Of a stretch of DNA of 64,000 bases, positions 26,746 to 34,081 are shown piece by piece. This DNA comes from an uncultured Actinomycetes bacterium (GTDB lineage: Bacteria > Actinomycetota > Thermoleophilia > Gaiellales > Gaiellaceae), in contig OY970117.1 of the NCBI GenBank assembly GCA_963705875.1, positions 1,316,279 to 1,380,278 on the forward strand, given 5' to 3'. Numbering within the stretch: position 1 is the stretch's first letter; each line of letters begins with the position of its first letter. The position numbers were made by a program, and so were the translations under genes. The notes beneath the pieces are model-generated. The model saw only the letters and a list, made by a program, of their open reading frames with translations, was not told where the DNA came from and searched no databases.

Positions 26746-28001
26746 CCCGCCGCGACGACGCGGGCTGCGATCGGCCGCGAGCGCGGTCGAAGGCCGAGCA
26801 GCATCTCGTCGAGCGCGGCGACGAGCCCGGGCCGTGAGTCGTGGAGCAGTGCCTCGACGAGCGCGCGGCGGACGGCCTCCTCGGCACGGGCGCCGGGCCC
26901 GTCGCCGTCGAGGAGCGCCCGCAGGGCGATGAGCAGCTCGGTGCGCTCGCGTCCGTTCTCCCCGAGGAGCACGGAGGCGCGCATCGCGGCCGCCCAGGCG
27001 CCTTCGTCGCCGCCGAGCAGCGATTCCAGCGCTTCGCGCAGCTCGTCCGCACGGGCGGGGCCGGTGTGGAAGAGCGCGAGCTCCCAGCGGTCGAGCGCCT
27101 CGAGCGCCTCGGGATCGGCGCCGGCGGCCAGGCGCTCGACGAGGCCGGAGACGAGCTGGGCGCGGAACGGGTCGAGCCGGGTCGGCTCCCCGGTCGGAAC
27201 CTGCGCGGCGAGCGGCGGCGCCGGGCGAATGTCGTACGCGCGTCCGTCGAGCCGTTCGAAGATGACCGGGCCCGCGGCGATCGCGCCGGAGGTGGCGAGG
27301 CGAAGCGCGGTGATGGCGCGGCCGAACACGGCGGGCGCGTCGGGCACCTCGGCGGCGGTGCCGGGAAGATCGGTGGCGAGCTCGAGGACGAGCGTGCGGT
27401 CGACCTCGCGGCCGAAGTCGCGCGGCACGAGCCGCTGCGCCTCGGGCCAGACGGCGGTCAGCTCCCCGCCGAGCGCCGGGCGAACGCGCAGTCCCGAGCC
27501 GAGCTCGATCGTCCCGCCGGCGGAGAGGCCGACGAGCGGAGCGAGTCCCACGTACGCGCGCGTGGCGCCGAAGAGCGAGCGCTCGAGCTCCGCGTAGGCG
27601 CGCTCGAAGCCCTCGTCGTCCCAGTCGAACCCGCCGCAGGCCTCGGCCGTGCGGACGAGGAGCGGGATCAGGACGATGCGGCGCAGGGCGTCGTCCTCGC
27701 CGATGCGCTCGCCCGCGTGGGCGCGCGCGAAGATTCCGGCGGCCGGCTCGTCCCGCAGGGCGACCAGCGCGTCGTGCGCGTCCTCCCGGTGGGAGATGCG
27801 GTCGGCGCGCGCCTCGACGAAGGCGCCGACGAGCGGGCGGTACTCGTAGAGCGTCGGCCGGTTCGGCGCCGCATGCTCGGCGAGGGAGACCGGAACGTCG
27901 GCTCCGGCCTCGATCTCGGCGCCCAGCTCGAAGAACGCGCCGAGGCAGAACGCGCGCAGCGTGCGATGGAGCGAAGGCGAGCGAGGGATGGGCGTTGCCA
28001 C
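26742..28001 (-). CDS. hypothetical protein, 419 aa, no recognisable family
   Basis: Intact ORF with coding-like GC3. It is Ala/Leu/Arg/Glu-rich, has no TM segment or signal peptide, and is the first gene of a three-gene overlapping set. Confidence 0.7.
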   Translation of the reverse strand: MATPIPRSPSLHRTLRAFCLGAFFELGAEIEAGADVPVSLAEHAAPNRPTLYEYRPLVGAFVEARADRISHREDAHDALVALRDEPAAGIFARAHAGERIGEDDALRRIVLIPLLVRTAEACGGFDWDDEGFERAYAELERSLFGATRAYVGLAPLVGLSAGGTIELGSGLRVRPALGGELTAVWPEAQRLVPRDFGREVDRTLVLELATDLPGTAAEVPDAPAVFGRAITALRLATSGAIAAGPVIFERLDGRAYDIRPAPPLAAQVPTGEPTRLDPFRAQLVSGLVERLAAGADPEALEALDRWELALFHTGPARADELREALESLLGGDEGAWAAAMRASVLLGENGRERTELLIALRALLDGDGPGARAEEAVRRALVEALLHDSRPGLVAALDEMLLGLRPRSRPIAARVVAAG

Positions 28002-28075
28002 GAGGGGACCCGATACGCCTCGGCCAGGCTCCTTCCTGCTTGACGCGCAGGTCGGAACGGTGCTCGGATGGGGTC

Positions 28076-28649
28076 GTGCGCTGGCTCGCCTTCCCCGTTC
28101 TCATCGCCGCCGCGATCGCCGCCTTCATGCCCGGCGCGGTGCCGGCGGGAAGCGCGAAGTGCGCCACGCTGAACGCGACGATCGTCGGGCACGAACGGCC
28201 CCGACGTGATCAACGGGACGCCGCACCTCGACGTGATCGCGGCGCTCGGCGGCAACGACAGGATCCGGGGCAACGGCGGCGACGACGTCATCTGCGCCGG
28301 CGACGGGAACGACACCGTCTACGGCGGCAAGGGCTGGGACGGCGTCACCGGCGGCAACGGGAACGACGTGCTCGTCGGCGCCGACGGCAGCGACTACCTG
28401 AACGGCAACGCGGGCAACGACCGGATCGCCGGCGGCAAGGGCCACGACGCCGTCTTCGGCGGGCCCGGCAAGGACATCGTGCACGGCGGCGCCGGGCCGG
28501 ACGACGTCCGCGGCTACGCGGGCAACGACAAGCTCTACGGCGACGCGGGCGCGGACAAGCTGCGCGGCGGCGCCGGCGCGGATCTCTGCAACGGCGGCAC
28601 GAGCACGGACACGGCGTCGACCTGCGAGACGCTCATCGGCGTCCCGTAG
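28076..28649 (+). CDS. secreted calcium-binding RTX-like repeat protein; 1-nt frame break near 28188 (GGG)
   Basis: VRWLAFPVLIAAAIAAFMPGAVPAGSA (signal) ...ATIVG then TNGPDVINGTPHLDVIAALGGNDRIRGNGGDDVICAGDGNDTVYGGKGWDGVTGGNGNDVLVGADGSDYLNGNAGNDRIAGGKGHD... (ORF 28206-28649). Confidence 0.8.
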
Positions 28650-29385
28650 CCCGCGGCCCCGGCTGGCACTTCGGGCACCAGTAGGCGAGCCGCGCGTCGT
28701 CGCCCTGCGGCCACGACTCCACGATCGTCCCGCAGTCCGGACACGGACGGCCGGCGCCGCGGTAGACCGTCCGCGGCTTGCGGCCTTGCATCGCGGCGCT
28801 CGTCTCCGCGAGCACGCGCCGCAGCGCCTCGTCGTCGACGTCGCGCAGGCGAAGCCACGGCGAGAGCCGCGCCCGGTGGAGCCCCTCGGCCTTCCACTTG
28901 TTCCCGATCCCGGCGGCGAGACGCTGGTCGAGGAGGGCGTCGCCGAGCTCGCGCGCCTGGTCGGTCTTGCGGAACCGGTCGAGCATCGCGTCGAGATCGG
29001 GCGGATCGTGCATGACGTCGGGGCCGAGCCGGTGAACGCCTCGCGCGCGTCCGCGCGTCAGTTCGAGCACCGGCCCGTGCCAGAGCACCGCCTGGAGCTC
29101 GCGTCCGCGCAGGACGAGCCACGGCGCCTTCGAGGTCGGCCGGCCCGCCGGCTGGATGCCCCAGCGTCCCTTCATCCGCAGGTGGCTGCGCAGGACGAGG
29201 TTCCCGTCGAAGGTGAGGAGCAGGTTCTTGCCGACCGCCTCGACGCGCTCGAGGCGCAGGCCGTCGATCCGCTCGGCGACGCCGAGGAGCTGCGCCCGCG
29301 GATTCGGCGACTCGGCTGCGACCACATCCCCGACGAGCGGCTGGAGCCGGGCCGCGGCGCGATGGAGCGCGTCTCCCTCGGGCAT
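28633..29385 (-). CDS. nei: Fpg/Nei-family DNA glycosylase (endonuclease VIII-like)
   Basis: Start at MPEGDALHR (catalytic Pro2 and Glu3) at 29385. H2TH region. C-terminal zinc finger CPDCG...CPKCQ. Confidence 0.88.
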   Translation of the reverse strand: MPEGDALHRAAARLQPLVGDVVAAESPNPRAQLLGVAERIDGLRLERVEAVGKNLLLTFDGNLVLRSHLRMKGRWGIQPAGRPTSKAPWLVLRGRELQAVLWHGPVLELTRGRARGVHRLGPDVMHDPPDLDAMLDRFRKTDQARELGDALLDQRLAAGIGNKWKAEGLHRARLSPWLRLRDVDDEALRRVLAETSAAMQGRKPRTVYRGAGRPCPDCGTIVESWPQGDDARLAYWCPKCQPGPRATGRR

Positions 29386-29437
29386 GCCGGAAAGCGTATG
29401 CAACCGCCGCCGGCCGAAAGCGCTCGTCCCAGGTCGG

Positions 29438-29571
29438 CACAAGCCCGACTTTGTGTTGCATCACTCGTCCTTGCTCGCTCTAGCGCTGATGCGGTCTTGG
29501 GCACGTCGGCCTGTCCATGACGGACACGCAAGCGATGCAACACAATCGCGCGTTTGTGACGCCGCGAATCG
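29438..29571 (+). repeat. extragenic palindromic repeat family 2, copy A (134 nt) between lhr and nei
   Basis: Left arm CACAAGCCCGACTTTGTGTTGCATCACTCG. Right arm GATGCAACACAATCGCGCGTTTGTG...CGAATCG. The 12-bp perfect complementarity is TTGTGTTGCATC/GATGCAACACAA. A second copy lies at 60880-61000. Confidence 0.8.
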
Positions 29572-29598
29572 ACACGAAGCTTCGTCGCTCGTGGCGGT

Positions 29599-32500
29599 TC
29601 AGGCGCGCAGGACGGCCCGGCGCGGCCCGGCGACGAAGCCGGCCTCGAGGAGGAGCGCCATGACGGACGACTCCGCGACGGGCTCGCTGTCGAAGCGCTC
29701 CACGGCGAGCCGCTTCACGCCGGTGCGGCGGGCATGCGCGACGAGCGCCGCCAGCGCAGGACGCAGCCATTCGTCCTCCGGGTCCCGGAGCGGGACGAGC
29801 GAGCGGCCGCCGCGCTCGACGAAGAGCGCCTCCTCGCCGCCGAGCGTGACCACGAGCGCACCGGCCACGCGGGCGGCGCGGCCGTCGGCGCGCTTCGGCC
29901 ACGGGATCGCGGCGCCGTAGGGCTGCGCGGGATCGGCCGCGGCCAGCACGAGGGCCGTCTCGGGATCGGCCTCCTCGCGCAACCGCTCGACCGCGCCGGG
30001 CAGCGCGAACTGCGCCCCGCCGAGGCCCTTCGACGAAGTAGCCGCGGCGGCAAACGCCCGAGCGTCTCCAGCTTGCGGAGCTCCTGGTAGACGCGGCTGT
30101 ATCCGCCGGGAACACCCTCGGCCCGCACGCCGTCGCGCGTGACGATCCCCTGGCGTTCGAGGAGCAGCTCGGCGAGCGCGCGCGGATCCGGATCGCCCGC
30201 GAAGAGCGGCGCCGTCGCCGACCAGCGTCCCTGCGTCGCCGTGATCGCGTTGGCCCGGGAACGGGAGAAGCGTCGCTGGCGCCGCTCGGGCCGCGGCGTC
30301 TCGAACCGGCGGCTCGCGCGAAGCGGCGTCCACGCGTCGTTCGAGACCTCGCCGGCCCAGACGAGATCCCACAGCGCGGGCAGCGCGGTCTCGGCCTCGA
30401 GGCCGGTCTCGGCGAGGAGGTCGTACCAGAACAGCGCGCCGCGACCCAGCGCCGCGCGGATCGCCTCGTGCGCGGGGTCCTCGGGCGGCGGCAGCGCGCC
30501 CGGCCGGCCCAGCGCCGGAGCGTCCTCGCGGAAGTAGATCGCCACGCGCTCGAGCCCGGCGCCGACCCAGACGACCTCGCCCGACGCGCAGAGCTGGTCG
30601 AGCTGCGCGGCCTGGTAGTTCGGCACGCGGCGCGGCAGGACGTCCGATTCCCACAGGGACGCCGGGAGCGAGAGACCCTGGAGCGGGACGAGCGCCTCGC
30701 GCAACGATGCGCGGCGGTCGAGTCCCTGCCAGGCCGGGAGGAACCGTGCCAGCGCCTCGCGTCCGGCGGGCTCGACCTGGCGGCGCAGACGGGCGAGCGA
30801 AGCGCGGCGCAGGCGCCGGAGGACGTCGGGGTCGCACCACTCGCGCTCGGTTCCGCCGGGCCGAAGCTCGCCGCGCACCAGCCGGTCCTCGGCCTCGAGC
30901 TGCGCCAGCCCTTCCTCGGCGTTCGGCCCGAACCGCGCCACCGCCTCGGCGGTCGTGAACGGCCCGCGCCCGCGGGCAAAGCGGACGAGCAGGAACCCGA
31001 GCGGGTCCTCCCCGCTCTCGAGGAACGCGTCCGGCAGAGCCCGCCGGGCGGCATCGCGCCGAGGGCGTCGCGGTAGCGGCCCGCGTCCTCGGCGGCGATC
31101 AAGCGGTCCTCGCCGGCCACGCGCACGGTGACCGCGCGGCGCTCGGCCAGGAGCGGCTCGGCGAGCGCCTCGTCGTAGGAGCCGGGCAGCAGGTCGCCGC
31201 GGCGGAGCAGATGGTCGTGCAGACCGTCGGGCGTCTTCGGATCGCCGCGCAGCTCCTCCTCGACCTGCGGCCACCGCGTCGGCGTCGAGCAGGTCGCGCA
31301 GCTCCTCCTGGCCGAGCAGCTCGCGGATCAGGTCGCGGTCGAGCGCGAGCGCCTGCGCGCGGCGCTCGGCGAGCGGCGTGTCGTCCTCGTACATGTAGGT
31401 CGCGACGTAGTCGAAGAGGAGCGACGACGCGTACGGCGAGGCGGACGCGGTCTCGACCGAGACGAGGTCGACGCGCCGCGCCTGGAGGTCGCCGAGGAGC
31501 TTCCGCAGCGCCGGCAGGTCGAAGACGTCCTGGAGGCATTCGCGCACGGTCTCGAGGATCACCGGGAAGTCGGGATAGCGCCGCGCGACCTGGAGGAGCG
31601 CCTGCGCCTTCAGCCGCTGCTGCCAGAGCGGCGTCCGCTCGCCGGGCCTTCGCCGCGGGATGAGCAGCGCGCGGCCGGCGTTCTCGCGGAAGCGCGCGCC
31701 GAAGAGCGCGGTCTGGCCGAGCTCGGCGAGCACGAGCTCCTCGAGCTCGCGCGGCTCGATGACGAGATCCTCGATCGGCGGCGGGCTGTCCGCGTCGGGG
31801 AGATGGAGCGCGATCCCGTCGTCCGACCAGATCGAGCCGACCTCGAGCCCGAGCGATTCGCGCAGGCGCGCGGCGAGCGCCAGCGACCACGGCGCATGCA
31901 CGCGCGCGCCGAACGGCGTCAGCACGCAGACCCGCCAGTCGCCGATCTCGTCGCGGAAGCGCTCGACCACGATCGAGCGGTCCGACGGGACGACGCCCGT
32001 CGCCGCCTCCTGCTCGCGCAGGAAGACCATCAGGTTCTTGGCGGCCAGCTCGTCGAGCGAGTGGTCGGCGCGCAGGCGTTCGGCCGCCTTCTCGTCGTCG
32101 AGCGCGACGAGCTCGCGCGCGGTGCGCCCGATCGCCTCGCCCAGCTCGTACGGGCGCCCGACGCTCTCGCCCTTCCAGAACGGCACGAGTCCGGGGATCC
32201 CGGGAGCCGGGGACACGAGCACGCGGTCGCGCGTGATCTCCTCGATCCGCCACGACGACGCGCCGAGCAGGAAGACCTGTCCCTGGCGGGCCTCGTAGAC
32301 CATCTCCTCGTCGAGCTCGCCGACGCGTCCGCCGCCGTCGAGGAGGAAGACGCCGTAGAGCCCGCGGTCGGGGATCGTGCCGGCGTTCGTCACCGCGAGC
32401 CGGCCGGCGCCGTCGCGCCCGCGGACGAGCCCGGCGGTGCGGTCCCAGGTGATGCGCGGCCGCAGCTCGGCGAACTCCTCCGACGGGTAGCGGCCGGCGA

Positions 32501-33873
32501 GCATGTCGAGCACGTTCTCGAGCTGGACGCGGGAGAGGTCGCGGAACGGATAGGCGCCGCGCACGAGGTCATGGAGGTCGTCGACCGGGATCTCCTCCTG
32601 CGCGGAGATGGCCACGATCTGCTGCGCGAGCACGTCGAGCGGGTTGCGCGGGATCTTCGTCTCCTCGATCGCGCCCTCGCGCATGCGGCGCGACGACGAC
32701 GGCGCATTCGAGGAGGTCGCCGCGGAACTTCGGGAAGATGCGCCCCTTCGACGGCTCGTCCAGCCGGTGCCCGGAGCGACCGACGCGCTGGAGCCCGGCC
32801 GCGACCGACTTCGGCGACTCGACCTGGACGACGAGGTCGACGGCGCCCATGTCGATCCCGAGCTCCAGGGACGAGGTCGCGACGAGGCACGGGATCGAGC
32901 CGCGCTTCAGGAGCTCCTCGACCTCGATCCGCTGCTCGCGCGCGAGCGATCCGTGGTGCGCTCTTGCGATCTCGCGTTCGGCGAGGTCGTTCAGCCGCAG
33001 CGCGAGCCGTTCCGCGAGCCGGCGGCTGTTCACGAACACGATCGTCGAGCGGTGCGCCTCGACCAGCTCGAGGAGCCGGGGATAGATGGACGGCCAGATC
33101 GAGCGGCCTGCTCCGTCCTCGGGATCGCCGGCACCCGGCTCGCGCATGTCCTCCAGCGGGACGACGACCTCGAGGTCGAGCTCCTTGGACGAGCCCGCGT
33201 CGACCAGCTCGATGTCCCGGCCGCCGGAGACGAAGCGGCCGATCTCCTCCAGCGGACGCTGCGTCGCCGAGAGCCCGACCCGCTGGAACGGCCGGTCGAT
33301 GAGCCGCGCGAGCCGTTCGAGCGAGAGCGCCAGGTGCGCGCCGCGCTTCGTCCCCGCGACGGCGTGCACCTCGTCGAGGATCACGGTGTCGACGGTGGTG
33401 AGCATCGACTTCGCCTGCGAGGTGAGGATGAGGTAGAGGGACTCGGGCGTCGTGATGAGGATGTCGGGCGGATTGCGCTGCATTCGCGCCCGCTCGGACT
33501 GCGGCGTGTCGCCGGTGCGCACCGCGACGGAGAGCTTGGAGCCGATCCCCGCGAGCGGCCCGCGCAGGTTGCGCTCGACGTCGTAGTTGAGCGCCTTCAG
33601 TGGGCTGACGTAGAGGACCTGCGTCCCCTTCCCGGGCTCGGCGCGATCGAGCGCGAAGAGGAACGCGGCGAGCGTCTTCCCCGAGCCGGTCGGCGCCTGG
33701 ATCAGCGTGTGCGCGCCCGAGGCGATCGCCGGCCAGCCGCGCTCCTGCGCAGGCGTCGGCGCGTCGAACGTCCCCTCGAACCACTCGCGGACCGCGGGGC
33801 TGAATGAAGCGAGCGGATCCACGCGTCCAGCGTATCGAGCGGCTAGAGGGCGAGCGCGAGCGCGCCGCCGCAC
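29599..33873 (-). CDS. lhr: Lhr-family ATP-dependent (DEAD/DEAH box) helicase, long form with C-terminal extension; five single-base indels (about 32690, 31268, 31042 deletion, 30057, 30026)
   Basis: DPLASFSPAVREWFEGTFDAPTPAQERGWPAI...LIQAPTGSGKT...ILDEVHA...VATSSLELGIDMG...RVGRSGH, then the Lhr WH/beta-barrel and DUF1998-like regions (FGARFRENAGRALLIPRR, PALRKLLGDL) and the C-terminal domain (...GVCRRGYFVEGLGGAQFALPGAVERL...). An alternative GTG start lies at 33822. Confidence 0.9.
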
Positions 33874-33953
33874 CCGTCGTCGCCACCGCCGCGTGCCACG
33901 AGGGCGAAGACCAGGACGACGACGAACAGGACGAGCAGGACGACAGGCTTCAT
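33843..33953 (-). CDS. possible 36-aa hydrophobic peptide
   Basis: My translation is MKPVVLLVLFVVVLVFALVARGGGDDGCGGALALAL. 33 of 36 codons end in G or C. It is too short for the ORF track. No SD was recognised. Confidence 0.3.
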   Translation of the reverse strand: MKPVVLLVLFVVVLVFALVARGGGDDGCGGALALAL

Positions 33954-34032
33954 TCGGGCCAGCCTGACCGGCCCACGCAACGGCGCTCCAACGACCGTGT
34001 AACGGTCTCGTTACAGGCGAAGCAGAGCGACC

Positions 34033-34064
34033 GCGGGCCGCGCCCCGGATGGAGCGCGGCCCGC
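34033..34064 (-). terminator. 11-bp GC hairpin after the first M14 carboxypeptidase gene
   Basis: GCGGGCCGCGC-N10-GCGCGGCCCGC lies 18 nt past the TAA at 34082. The T-tract is weak. Confidence 0.5.
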
Positions 34065-34081
34065 GTCGGATCGGTTGTCGG

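Noticed and set aside
28076-28649. RTX toxin / type I secretion locus.
   Set aside because: There are no ABC exporter, membrane-fusion or acyltransferase genes nearby. The proteins are short and carry N-terminal Sec-type signals, so they are not classical RTX toxins.
29386-29598. LexA (SOS) box or PafBC/RecA-NDp promoter controlling nei/lhr.
   Set aside because: Neither TCGAAC-N4-GTTCGA nor TGTCGGTG-N8-TAnnnT is present in the spacer or in 33874-34030. Only a bare -10-like TACGCT was seen.
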